Assembly (NCBI GenBank): GCA_043819795.1
Contig: JBDREN010000141.1
Span: forward strand, 1 to 52,565
Length of the DNA stretch: 52,565 bases
Reading direction: 5' to 3'
Origin: Elusimicrobiota bacterium
Lineage (GTDB): Bacteria > Elusimicrobiota > Elusimicrobia > UBA1565
Position 1 is the stretch's first letter. Every line of letters begins with the position of its first letter. A program made the translations under genes and the position numbers. Positions 1 to 10,138 of this stretch are shown here, one piece after another. A model generated the notes under the pieces. The model did no database searches and had not been told where the DNA came from. It saw nothing but the letters and a program-made list of their open reading frames with translations.

Positions 1-2
1 TC

Positions 3-3000
3 CTGGCCGAGAACAACGTCTCCTCCAACGCGGCGCACGGCATCCATCTGGCCGGCGCCGCCGGGAACACGCTGTCGGCCAACAACGCGTTCGGGAACAC
101 CACCGCGGGCATCTACCTGGAGGGCTCTTCGGGCAACGACATCAAGCTTAACCACGCCTACTCCAACTCGGACGTCGGCGTCCACCTCTTCAACGGCTCC
201 TACTTCAACGTCGTGGAAGGCAACTACGCGTACGCGCAGCCCTCGCACGGCTTCTGGCTCCAGAGCGGCTGCGACCACAACACGCTCGCCTCCAACAACG
301 CCTACGTCTTCGGCGATACCGGCATCCTGCTCGACGCCTCCGCGAGCAACACCCTAGCCTTCAACGAATCCTACTCCGGGACGCGGGGGGTCCATCTCCG
401 GCAATCGTCCGACGACAACCTGCTGGCCTCCAACGAGGCCGGATCGAACACGGCCGCGGGCATCAGCCTGGACGACTCCTCGAACGGCACGTTGATCGAC
501 AACCTGAGCCATGACAACGGGAGCTACGGGCTTCTTATCAAGACCGGCGCGTCCGGCTCGACCCTCGTCGGGGGCGGCCTGGGCTACGACAGCGCGGGCG
601 CCGCCGATCCCAATACCCAGAGCGAGCTGCACATCGACGACGTCTCCAGCGGGAGCCTTACCCTCAAGGGCGTCCGGATCAACCCAGCGGTCGGCATCTC
701 CACGGACGGCTTCAACCGCGAAGGCAACTATCTGCTGTCCTACAACCAGGACTTCGACACGGGCACGGTCCGGCTCTGGGGCGACCTCACGCTCTCCGGG
801 GACACGCTGACCTTGGACTACGCGACTCAACTCTACGCCGCCACCGCCACCGCCTCCAAGCTGATGCGCGGGACCGGCCACTCGGCGTCCGTGAGCTCGA
901 CGAACGACACCACCGCCGTCAGCCAGATCATCACCATCGAGCATAGGGGCGGGCAGTGGCACGTGGACGGCTCATCCTCGGGCGCGGACATGGCGAGCTT
1001 CACCGGCTCCCAGGCCAACCTGACCGTGCCCGCTTCCGACACCCAGTTCATCCTCGACTTCACCGAAGGCGGATCGGCGGTCGAGGGCGACCGCGTGGAC
1101 TTCGCCCTCATCGCCGCCTCGCAGGACCAGAACGCGCGGAAACGGCTCCTATTCGGTCCCGCGGCGGACGGCTTCCATGAAGGCCGTTCCAAGCTCGCGG
1201 TCGCCGCGGACGCGGGCGTCGTGCTCCAGGGCGCGGAGACCATACACACCTTGGTCGACATGCTCCCCGGCGGCACGTACTACACCTTCGTGGACTCGGG
1301 CGCGTTCACCGCCATGTTCTCGTCGTTCACCAACATGGACCCGGGAGGCATACAGCTCTCCGGCTCCGCCGGAGTCTTTATATCCTCGTCGGTCTTCGAC
1401 TACCTCGGGTTCGCCGCCGGCACCAACGCCTACATAACGGCCAGGGACCTGGCTTCCGACATCTGGCTCGACAACGTGGGCTTCCTGCTCAGCCGCAGCT
1501 CGCACGGGTTCGACTCCATGTACAACGTCCGCGTGGAGGGGACGGACTCGTCCCTGCGTTGGCGCCTCAAGACGGGAGGGACGCCTTTGTGGGGCGAGGA
1601 CTTCGACTACGACCCGAACGCGAAGGTGGCATGGATCAACTGCAGCGCCATCGCCAGCGTCCAGAGCGGGGATTGGTCGGATAACCTGACTTGGGACCAG
1701 GCATTCGAGCCCACGGAATGCAACGCGACCACGGTCTCCGCGGGCCACACGGTCACGGTGGATAGGACCGACGCCATTGCGGCCATGACCACCGTGCGGG
1801 GGACCCTGTCCTTCAGCCGCGTGGCCCACAGCAGCCTGACGATCGTCGGAGGCGACGTGACGGTCGAGCCCGGCGGGCACCTCGACCTGGGCACCGAGGC
1901 CAGCCCCATACCCGCGGGCGTCCGGGCCCACCTGGTCCTCGCGCTCGGACAGACCGCCGGGCAGTACGGCCTCATCGTCCAAGACGGCGGGGACTTCACG
2001 GTCCGGGGCGCGACGAAGACGCCGTATTCGACGCTGGATCCCTCGGACTCGCTGCTCACCGACGAGAACACGCTGACCTTGAGCGAGGATCCCGCCCAGC
2101 TGGGCTGGGCGGTGGGCGACGTGATCACCATCGGTCCCTCGCAGGGCTCCGGCCCCGGCTCGACCGAGAAGAGGACCATCGCGGGCATCGCGGGCAGCAT
2201 CATCACCGTGGACGTCAGCTTCTCGAAAATCCACTACGGGACCGCCACCATCGACATCGCCGACCTCACCCGCAACGTCCTGGTGCGTTCTTCGGGGACC
2301 GACACGGGAAGCGACACGGCCTACATCAGGAACCTGGCGACGAACGCCACGAGCTTCAATCTGAGCTACGGGGAGTTCGCCTACCTCGGGAACAACGCCG
2401 CCCTGAAATACGGCATCGCCTTCGGCGGCGGCGCGCGGGGGCAGGTCTCGAGCTCCACCGTCCGCAACGGCTATACGGGCATCTACATGTTCCAGTCCGA
2501 CGGAAACACCCTGGCCTCGAACACCCTTTACAGCAACACATACGCCGGGATCCATCTCGACGACACCTGCACCGGCATCACGCTGACCAAGAACAATTCC
2601 CACTCCAACGCGAACGGCCTCCTCGTCACCAACAGATCCAGCGGCAACACCCTGAGCGCCAACAACGTCTACTCCAATTCGACGGACGGCATCAAGCTAT
2701 CCGACGCCTTCGACAACACCTTGAGCGGGAACCGCAGCCATTCCAACGAGCCCAACGGCATCCTGGTCATCTTCTCCTCGAGCAACACCCTGAACGGCAA
2801 CGACATCTACGCCAACCTGGGCTTCGGCATCTATCTCGCCGAAGATGCGAACCGCAACACCCTGGAGGCGAACCATAGCTACGCCAACCTGAATTCCGGC
2901 GTCTATCTCAACGCCGCCTCGCACAATACGCTGATCGGCAACGATATCCACTCCAACATCGGCGCCGGCCTTTACATCACCGACCACGGCGACGAGAACC

Positions 3001-6000
3001 TCGTTGTCGGCAACGACCTCTATTCCAACTCGTCCGACGGCATGTATCTTGATGTCGCCCTCGACAACACCCTGATCGCGAACGACAGCTACGACAACGC
3101 ATCCTACGGCGTCTACGTCTACGATGCCCGCGGCAACACGCTCATCGCGGGAAGCCTGGGCTACGACGCGTCCGGCGCCGCCCTGCCCGACGCCATGGGT
3201 GAGATATATCTCGATATGACACCGAGCGAGGACCTCGTGCTCAAAGGCGTCCGGGTCAATCCCGCGGCCGGCATCTCCACCGGCGGCTTCAACAAGGCGG
3301 GGAACCGCCTCATCTCCTACAACCAGAACTTCGATACGGGGACCCTGCGCATGTGGGGCGACTACTTGGTCTCGGGCAGCACGCTGACCCTGGACTACTC
3401 GACCAGGCTGTACGCCTCCACCGCCACCGCGCCCAAGCTGATGCGCGGGATCGGGCACTCGGCTGCCCTGGTCACGACCGAGGATGCCACCGCCGTCAGC
3501 CAGCTCATCGCCATCGAGTACCGCGGCGGCCAGTGGCACGTCGACGGATCGGTCTCCGGGGCGGACATGAGGACCTTCACCGGCTCGCCGGCCGGCCTCG
3601 CCGTCCCGTCGTCGACCCCCCAGTTCACGCTCGATTTCACGGCCGGCGGCTCGCCGCTGGAGGGCGATCGCGTGGACTTCGCCCTGATCGCCTCCTCGCG
3701 GGACGAAGACGTCCAGAAGCGCCTGCTCTTCGGGCCGTCCGCCTCGACCTTCCGGGGAGGGAAGTCCAAGCTTTCCGTGGCCTCCGACGGCGGCATCGTG
3801 CTGCGCGGGATCGAGGGGACACCCACCCTCATGGACCGGCTGGACGCCTCGAGCACGTACTACACGCTCGTGGACTCGGGCGCCTTCACCGCCGAGCACT
3901 CCTCCATGACCAACATGGACCCCGACGGCCTGCAGCTCTCGGGAAGCGGGGGCGTGCTCATCGCCACCTCCACGTTCGACTTCATGGGCGTCGCGCCCGG
4001 AACGAACGCGTACATCACGGCGCGGGACCTCAGCTCCGCCGCCACCTTCTACGGACTCGCTTTCGGCGTCTCCAGGAGCACGGGGGGCGCTTACTCGGCG
4101 TACTGCGTCCGGGTGGAGGGAGTCGACAGCGGCCTGGCATGGATCATGAGGAAGTGGAGCGGGCCGCTCGGCGGGGAAGACTACGACCAGGACGCCGGCG
4201 GCAAGGTCGCCTGGTCGCCCTTCGCCCCCCAGGCCGGCACCCCGGCGATCGCGGCCGTATATTCTTCCAGCGTCACGCTCCAGTGGGGAGACAGCCTCAA
4301 CGACCCCGGCGCGCTATACAACCTGGAGGCTTCCACGGCCAGCGACTTCACGGGAGCCGTGCTTTCCTCGGCCACGCCGAACCTGACGGACACGGTCTCC
4401 GGCCTGGCCCCCAACGCGACCTACTACCTCAGGGTGAGCGCCGTGGACATCGCGACCTCCCCCTACACGAGCCTGGGCTCGACCGTCACGCTGTCCCCGG
4501 CTCCCACGCCGCTCGCGGACTCCTTCACGGAGGTATCCATGACCAGCGTGACGGTGGCCTGGACCGCCCTGCCGGCCGGCTCGGCGGAAAGCTATGTCCT
4601 GGAGGCCTCCTCCACGGACTTCGACGGCACGGGGGTGCTTCATTCCTCCTCCACGCCCGACATCCCGCTCAGCACGTTGGTGCTGGGCCTGGGCACGGCC
4701 ATGGAGCCCAACACGACCTATTACTTCCGGGTGGCCGGCGTGAACCGCAACGGCGTCGCGAGCTATTCGCTCTTGGGCGCCACCTCGACCTTGGCGGGCA
4801 GGCCCGGGACCGTCGCGCCCGCCTTCACCGAGGTGTTCAACTCGTCGGTCACGGTCCAGTGGGCGCCGCTTCCGGCCAGCCCGTTCACAGCCACGGCCGA
4901 GGGCTACATCCTGGAGGCGTCGTCCACCGACTTCGGCGGCCTGGCCCCCGGGGGCATCGTCCACTCCAGCCGGACGCCGAACGTCGGCATCGACGTCCTC
5001 ACTCTCGAAGGGCTCCAGCCCAATACGACCCATTATTTCCGGGTGGGGAGCCTGAACTGGAACGGAAGCCCGAACTATACCGCTCTGGGCGCCACCGCGA
5101 CGTTCGCCGACGCCCCGGCGGCCGGCTCGGCCGTCTTCTACCCGGTCGCTTCGACCGCCTTCGGGGTGAGCTGGACCGCGGGCGGCAACCCGCTGGTCAT
5201 CACCACCTATACAGTGGAGGCGTCGACGGCCTCCGACTTCAACACGGGCGCGACCGACGCGGTCTCCCTGGCCACCGCCCCGGCCGGCGGCCCGCACGCG
5301 ACCTTCACCGGGCTGAGCGTGAACACGACCTATTACTTGCGGGCCCAGGCCGTCAACCATTACGGGTTCGTGACGGCTTTCGTGGACCTGGAGTCGACGG
5401 CCACCCTGACGGTCCCGCCCGCCACGGCCGTGACCACTTTCACGGCCGTGGCCTCCACCTCCATGACCGCGGTCTGGGAGCGGAACGGCAACCCCGCGGA
5501 CGTGACGACCTACACGGTGGTGCTGAGCACGAGCCCCGCCTATCCCAACGCGTTCTCGGGCACGGTCTCGGCGGACACGGCGCCGGCGGGCGCGTCGCCC
5601 GCCGCCACGCTCGCGGGCCTGGTCCCCAACACGACCTATCATCTCTTCATCCAGGCGGTCAACCACAACGGAGTGGGAGGGGGCTTCGCGTCCTTGGGCT
5701 CCACCGCGACACTGGCCAGCGCGCCCTTGAGCGCCGCCGCCACCTTCAGCGAGGTGACGGCCGGCGGCTTCGGCGTGAGCTGGGGCTCGGGAGGGAACCC
5801 CTTGGCCGCCTCCACCTACACGGTTCAGGCCTCGACCGCGGCCGACTTCAACGCGGGCGCGACCGACGCCGTCTCCCTCTCCACCGTGCCGGCCGCCGGA
5901 CCCTTCGCCACCTTCACGGGGCTCAGCGTCAACACGACCTACTACGTCCGCGTCACCGCCGTCAACCACAACGGCGTGGGCACGGCGTACACGGAGCTCG

Positions 6001-9000
6001 GCTCCACCTCGACCTTGACGAACCCTCCGGCCGCCGCCGCGAGCACCTACACGGCGGTCTCCATAAGCTCGATGAGCGTCGCGTGGGGCCCGGGCGGGAA
6101 CCTCGTGGACGTGACGACCTACACGGTGGTGCTGAGCACGGGCTCCGGCTATCCCAACGCGTTCTCGGGCAACGTCTCGGCGAGCACCGCGCCGGCGGGC
6201 GGCTCACCGGCCGCCACGCTCACGGGCCTGGCCCCCAACGCCACCTATCACCTCTTCGTCGAGGCCATCAACCACAACGGGGTCGGGGGCGGCGTCATCG
6301 CCTTGGGCTCCACATCCACGTTGGCCAACGCGCTCTTGAGCGCCGCCACCACCTTCAGCGCGGTGGCCGCCGACGGCTTCGGCGTGAGCTGGGACGCGAG
6401 CAGCAACCCCTTGGGCCTCTCCAGCTACACGCTCCAGGCATCCACGGCCGCGGACTTCAACGCGGGCGCGACCGACGCCGTCTCCCTCGCCACCGCGCCG
6501 GCCGCCGGGCCCTTCGCCACCCTCACCGCTTTGAGCGCCAATACCACCTACTACGTCCGCGCCCAGGCCTTCAACCACAACGGGATCCCGACGGCGTTCG
6601 CGGAGCTGGGCTCCACCTCGACTTTGGCCGCGGCGCCGGCCACGGCGGTGACCACCTTCACGGTGGTCGCCTCCACGACGATGACCGTGGCCTGGGAGTC
6701 GGGCGGCAACCCCGTGGACGTGACGACCTACACGGTGGTGCTGAGCACGGGCTCCGGCTATCCCAACGCGTTCTCGGGCAACGTGTCGGAGAGCACGGCG
6801 CCCGCGGGCTCATCGCCGACCGCCACCCTCGCGGGGCTGGAGCCCAACACGACCTATCAGCTCTTCGTCGAGGCGCTCAACCACAACGGCTTGGGCAGCG
6901 GCGTCTCGGCCCTGGGCTCCACCGCGACCCTGGCGAACGCCCCCTTGAGCGCGGCCGCCACATTCAGCGCGGTGACGACAAGCGGCTTCGGCGTGAGCTG
7001 GGACGGCAACGCGAACCCCATGGCCCTGACCGCCTACGCGCTCGAGGTCTCGACGGCCCCCGACTTCGACGCGGGGGCCGCGGACGCCGTCACCCTCGCC
7101 ACCGCCCCGGCGGCCGGGCCTTTCGCCACCGTGACGGGGCTCGGCGCCAACGCGACCTATTACGCGCGCGTGCGCGCCGTCAACCATAACGCCGTCCCCA
7201 CCGCCTACGCGCAGCTGGGGTCGACCTGGACCGTGGTGGCCGCGCCGGTCTCCGCGGACCCGACCGGGATCAGCACCTCGACGATCACCCCCCAGTGGGG
7301 CGCCGGGGGCAACTCCCCGGTCACGCGCTACACCGTCGAGATATCGACCGACGACTTCGCCACGGTGAACGCCTCGAGCGTGACCGTCGCCACGTCCGCC
7401 GTGTTCTCCGGACTGCTGCCCGACACGACCTACTATTTCCGGGTGCTGGCCGCCGGAAACGACGGCCGGCTCACGGCCTACACGCCCCTGCCCTCGGCCA
7501 TCACGTATCAGGCCCTGCCGGAGTCCCTGGAGGCGGCCTTCGCCGCGGTCGAGACGAGCAGCATCAGCGTCAACTGGACCGGCGGGGCCCCGGGCGCGAC
7601 CTACGAGGCCGAGATCTCGACCGACGGTTTCGCGTCGGTCAACCTGAGTTCGAGCACGCTGAACCTCTCCGCGCTCTTCGGGGCCGGGGGGGCCGGAGAC
7701 GATCTCGCCCCGAACACCACCTACCACTTCCGGGTGCGCACCGTGGGCGCCGGAGGCCCGGGACCCTTCGTGAACCTCGGCTCGACGGTCACCCTGGCGA
7801 GCATCCCCGGCGCGATATCCATCACGACAGTGGCGTCCACGACCGTCGGCGTGGACTGGCTGCCGAACGGGAACCCGGAGCCGGGCACGCAGTACGAGCT
7901 CTGGCGGGACACGGAGGCGGCCTTCGGCCAGCCGCTCAAGACGCTGGTCGCCGCCTCCGCACACCTCGCGGAGGGACTCTCCAAGGAAACGACCTACTAC
8001 TTCAAGGCGCGCGCCAGGAACCACACCGGCCTCTTCAGCGCCTTCAACGCCGCGGTGTCCACGTGGACGCTGATCGCGCCGCCCGGGCAGCCGGGAACGC
8101 CGGCCGGCGCGACGCTCGGCGTATCGTCGATCGCCTGGACCTGGGCGGCGGCCGTCGACGTCACGATCGGCTACCGGGTATTCTCGGCCTCGAGCCCCGA
8201 GAGCCTCGCGGGCAGCTCCGCCGGCACGACCTTCTACCACACGGGCCTCGCCACCAACACCGCCTACGGGATCGTCGTCGGAGGCGTCAACGCGGGCGGC
8301 GTGGGGCCGCTCTCGGCCGCCGCGACGGTCTACACGCTGGCCGTCCCGCCGGCCGGGACCGCGGCCAGCGCCGTCGAGGCCACCAGCGCGACGCTCACCT
8401 GGTCGCTGAACACCAACCCGGCCGCGACCGTGGCGGAGCTGGAGCGCTCCACCGACAACGCGGTCTTCGCCGGCGTGTTCACGGGCGGCGAAACCAGCTA
8501 CACGGACTACGGCCTGCTCGGCTGCACCACGTACTACTACCGGGCCAGGAACCGGAACGGGGACGGCGTTCCGACCGGCTACGACGCCGCGGTCCAGATC
8601 ATGACCGAGGGCTCCACGCCCATAGCGCCCTCGGGGCTCTCCGCCGCGAGCCTGGCGGGAGGCCGGATCGCCCTCTTCTGGAACATGTCGCCGTCGGAGC
8701 TGGTCACCGAATACCGGATCTACTACGACTCCGGGACCGGGACGGTGGACTACGCGACGCCCCTGGCGACCGTCAGCTCCACGGTGACCGCATACACGAC
8801 CGACGTCCTGGTCTCCAGCCCCGCGTACACCTTCTCCCTGCGCGCTTACAACCGTTGCGGGGTGGAGGAGCCGAACACCATCGTGGTCGCCGCGGCGGCG
8901 TCCGAGGTGGTCCTGCAGGAACTCCGAGCCGCCGTCAAGGTGCCGGCGAGCGGACAACGGGTCAAGGGCAACCGGGTGACGGTCAAGGCCGAGCTGACCC

Positions 9001-10052
9001 TCGGCGATCCGGGCCAGACCAAGCAGGTCCTCTTCGAGTACAAGGCCTCCACCGGCTCCTCATGGACCGCCATCGCGGCCGCCGACCCCAACCATCCCAA
9101 CCCGGACCCGGCGTACCCGTACTTCGTCCACTGGGACGCGGACTCTTTGGCCGCGACCTCCTACGACCTCCGGGCCGTGGCCACCGACACCTCGGACAAC
9201 GCGGACGCCGGCCCGCCGAGCGTGACGATCGCCGTCGTGGACACCGCGGACTTCGACATCAGCGAAAGCCTGGTCGCCGGAAAGATCGTGAAAAGCCAGG
9301 TGGTCAACAACGGAGCGCCGAGCTCCGTCGAGGCGGGGGACGCGGATTCTCCCCAGCTCACGACGCTGGCCATCCCGGCCGGCGCCCTGGACAGCTCCAC
9401 GCTGACCGTGACCATGGCCAACAATCCGGCGACGACCCCGGCCGCCTCCTCGGACCTGGACCCCGCGGGCGTGAGCGTGGAGATCACCCTCTCCAACGGC
9501 CAGAGCCAGCTGGCGGGCGGGCGGACCGCCACGTTGACGCTCGCCTACCCGGACGCCGACAACGACGGGGTCGTGGACGGGACGGCCCTGCGGGCCGATG
9601 ATCTGGACATCTATGCCTACGACGCCGTGGCCGGCGAGTGGGCCAAGGGCTTCGCCTCGACGGTGGACCTCGCGAGCCGCACGATCGCGGGGAACACCCC
9701 CCATCTCAGCTTCTTCGCGCTCTTCGCGCTGAAGCCATCTAGCCCCACCGCGGTGAGGGTCTATCCCGTCCCCTTCAAGCCCAACAGCGGCAGCGCCGAC
9801 GACGGCGTCGCCTACAGTCCGGGAGACTCCGACTCCGGGATCATCTTCGACAACCTGCCCGACCAGGCCACGATCGAGATCTACACGGTCACCGGGCAGC
9901 GGGTGGCGCGGTCCGCGGCCGGGACGGCCGGCAGAGTGCAGTGGGACGTGAAGAACGAGAGCGGCCGGGACGTCGCATCGGGCGGCTACATCGCCCTCAT
10001 CAAGAGCCCCAGCCAGAATAATGTCGTCAAAAAGCTTTTGATAATACGATGA
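3..10052 (+). CDS. Giant secreted/surface protein, 5'-partial: parallel beta-helix (NosD/PbH1) repeats, G8-like domain, duplicated ~355-aa module, many FN3 repeats, C-terminal FlgD-Ig/T9SS-like sorting domain
   Basis: The frame is open from base 3, so the true start lies upstream of the window. Motifs: Asn-ladder repeats (GIxLxxSSxNTLxxNxxxSN); G8-like SVQSGDWSDNLTW...TVSAGHTVTVD; FN3 motifs (LxPNTTYYFRV); C-terminus VRVYPVPFKP...IEIYTVTGQRV...WDVKNESGRDVASGGY...KKLLIIR. Confidence 0.9.
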   Translation: MAENNVSSNAAHGIHLAGAAGNTLSANNAFGNTTAGIYLEGSSGNDIKLNHAYSNSDVGVHLFNGSYFNVVEGNYAYAQPSHGFWLQSGCDHNTLASNNAYVFGDTGILLDASASNTLAFNESYSGTRGVHLRQSSDDNLLASNEAGSNTAAGISLDDSSNGTLIDNLSHDNGSYGLLIKTGASGSTLVGGGLGYDSAGAADPNTQSELHIDDVSSGSLTLKGVRINPAVGISTDGFNREGNYLLSYNQDFDTGTVRLWGDLTLSGDTLTLDYATQLYAATATASKLMRGTGHSASVSSTNDTTAVSQIITIEHRGGQWHVDGSSSGADMASFTGSQANLTVPASDTQFILDFTEGGSAVEGDRVDFALIAASQDQNARKRLLFGPAADGFHEGRSKLAVAADAGVVLQGAETIHTLVDMLPGGTYYTFVDSGAFTAMFSSFTNMDPGGIQLSGSAGVFISSSVFDYLGFAAGTNAYITARDLASDIWLDNVGFLLSRSSHGFDSMYNVRVEGTDSSLRWRLKTGGTPLWGEDFDYDPNAKVAWINCSAIASVQSGDWSDNLTWDQAFEPTECNATTVSAGHTVTVDRTDAIAAMTTVRGTLSFSRVAHSSLTIVGGDVTVEPGGHLDLGTEASPIPAGVRAHLVLALGQTAGQYGLIVQDGGDFTVRGATKTPYSTLDPSDSLLTDENTLTLSEDPAQLGWAVGDVITIGPSQGSGPGSTEKRTIAGIAGSIITVDVSFSKIHYGTATIDIADLTRNVLVRSSGTDTGSDTAYIRNLATNATSFNLSYGEFAYLGNNAALKYGIAFGGGARGQVSSSTVRNGYTGIYMFQSDGNTLASNTLYSNTYAGIHLDDTCTGITLTKNNSHSNANGLLVTNRSSGNTLSANNVYSNSTDGIKLSDAFDNTLSGNRSHSNEPNGILVIFSSSNTLNGNDIYANLGFGIYLAEDANRNTLEANHSYANLNSGVYLNAASHNTLIGNDIHSNIGAGLYITDHGDENLVVGNDLYSNSSDGMYLDVALDNTLIANDSYDNASYGVYVYDARGNTLIAGSLGYDASGAALPDAMGEIYLDMTPSEDLVLKGVRVNPAAGISTGGFNKAGNRLISYNQNFDTGTLRMWGDYLVSGSTLTLDYSTRLYASTATAPKLMRGIGHSAALVTTEDATAVSQLIAIEYRGGQWHVDGSVSGADMRTFTGSPAGLAVPSSTPQFTLDFTAGGSPLEGDRVDFALIASSRDEDVQKRLLFGPSASTFRGGKSKLSVASDGGIVLRGIEGTPTLMDRLDASSTYYTLVDSGAFTAEHSSMTNMDPDGLQLSGSGGVLIATSTFDFMGVAPGTNAYITARDLSSAATFYGLAFGVSRSTGGAYSAYCVRVEGVDSGLAWIMRKWSGPLGGEDYDQDAGGKVAWSPFAPQAGTPAIAAVYSSSVTLQWGDSLNDPGALYNLEASTASDFTGAVLSSATPNLTDTVSGLAPNATYYLRVSAVDIATSPYTSLGSTVTLSPAPTPLADSFTEVSMTSVTVAWTALPAGSAESYVLEASSTDFDGTGVLHSSSTPDIPLSTLVLGLGTAMEPNTTYYFRVAGVNRNGVASYSLLGATSTLAGRPGTVAPAFTEVFNSSVTVQWAPLPASPFTATAEGYILEASSTDFGGLAPGGIVHSSRTPNVGIDVLTLEGLQPNTTHYFRVGSLNWNGSPNYTALGATATFADAPAAGSAVFYPVASTAFGVSWTAGGNPLVITTYTVEASTASDFNTGATDAVSLATAPAGGPHATFTGLSVNTTYYLRAQAVNHYGFVTAFVDLESTATLTVPPATAVTTFTAVASTSMTAVWERNGNPADVTTYTVVLSTSPAYPNAFSGTVSADTAPAGASPAATLAGLVPNTTYHLFIQAVNHNGVGGGFASLGSTATLASAPLSAAATFSEVTAGGFGVSWGSGGNPLAASTYTVQASTAADFNAGATDAVSLSTVPAAGPFATFTGLSVNTTYYVRVTAVNHNGVGTAYTELGSTSTLTNPPAAAASTYTAVSISSMSVAWGPGGNLVDVTTYTVVLSTGSGYPNAFSGNVSASTAPAGGSPAATLTGLAPNATYHLFVEAINHNGVGGGVIALGSTSTLANALLSAATTFSAVAADGFGVSWDASSNPLGLSSYTLQASTAADFNAGATDAVSLATAPAAGPFATLTALSANTTYYVRAQAFNHNGIPTAFAELGSTSTLAAAPATAVTTFTVVASTTMTVAWESGGNPVDVTTYTVVLSTGSGYPNAFSGNVSESTAPAGSSPTATLAGLEPNTTYQLFVEALNHNGLGSGVSALGSTATLANAPLSAAATFSAVTTSGFGVSWDGNANPMALTAYALEVSTAPDFDAGAADAVTLATAPAAGPFATVTGLGANATYYARVRAVNHNAVPTAYAQLGSTWTVVAAPVSADPTGISTSTITPQWGAGGNSPVTRYTVEISTDDFATVNASSVTVATSAVFSGLLPDTTYYFRVLAAGNDGRLTAYTPLPSAITYQALPESLEAAFAAVETSSISVNWTGGAPGATYEAEISTDGFASVNLSSSTLNLSALFGAGGAGDDLAPNTTYHFRVRTVGAGGPGPFVNLGSTVTLASIPGAISITTVASTTVGVDWLPNGNPEPGTQYELWRDTEAAFGQPLKTLVAASAHLAEGLSKETTYYFKARARNHTGLFSAFNAAVSTWTLIAPPGQPGTPAGATLGVSSIAWTWAAAVDVTIGYRVFSASSPESLAGSSAGTTFYHTGLATNTAYGIVVGGVNAGGVGPLSAAATVYTLAVPPAGTAASAVEATSATLTWSLNTNPAATVAELERSTDNAVFAGVFTGGETSYTDYGLLGCTTYYYRARNRNGDGVPTGYDAAVQIMTEGSTPIAPSGLSAASLAGGRIALFWNMSPSELVTEYRIYYDSGTGTVDYATPLATVSSTVTAYTTDVLVSSPAYTFSLRAYNRCGVEEPNTIVVAAAASEVVLQELRAAVKVPASGQRVKGNRVTVKAELTLGDPGQTKQVLFEYKASTGSSWTAIAAADPNHPNPDPAYPYFVHWDADSLAATSYDLRAVATDTSDNADAGPPSVTIAVVDTADFDISESLVAGKIVKSQVVNNGAPSSVEAGDADSPQLTTLAIPAGALDSSTLTVTMANNPATTPAASSDLDPAGVSVEITLSNGQSQLAGGRTATLTLAYPDADNDGVVDGTALRADDLDIYAYDAVAGEWAKGFASTVDLASRTIAGNTPHLSFFALFALKPSSPTAVRVYPVPFKPNSGSADDGVAYSPGDSDSGIIFDNLPDQATIEIYTVTGQRVARSAAGTAGRVQWDVKNESGRDVASGGYIALIKSPSQNNVVKKLLIIR
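570..4215 (+). repeat. Internal duplication of a ~355-aa module (approx. 570-1635 and 3150-4215) in the giant protein
   Basis: The segment LGYD...LKGVR(I/V)NPAxGISTxGFN...SYNQxFDTGT...KLMRGxGHSA...GGQWHVDGS...EGDRVDFALIA...VDSGAFTA...GEDxD...KVAW occurs twice, about 2.58 kb apart. Confidence 0.9.
5110..7235 (+). repeat. Tandem two-FN3-domain unit with 609-bp (203-aa) period, arranged (AB)3A
   Basis: GTGACGACCTACACGGTGGTGCTGAGCACG recurs at 5502, 6111 and 6720. A-type (FGVSW...DFNAGATDAVSL) and B-type (YTVVLST..YPNAFSG) domains alternate. Confidence 0.9.
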
Positions 10053-10138
10053 AGCTCCGGATGAGGATCTTGGGTTTTCTTGAAAATCGCGGAAGCGATT
10101 TTCAAGGAAACCCGCTTCGCGAGACTGAACGCCACGGG

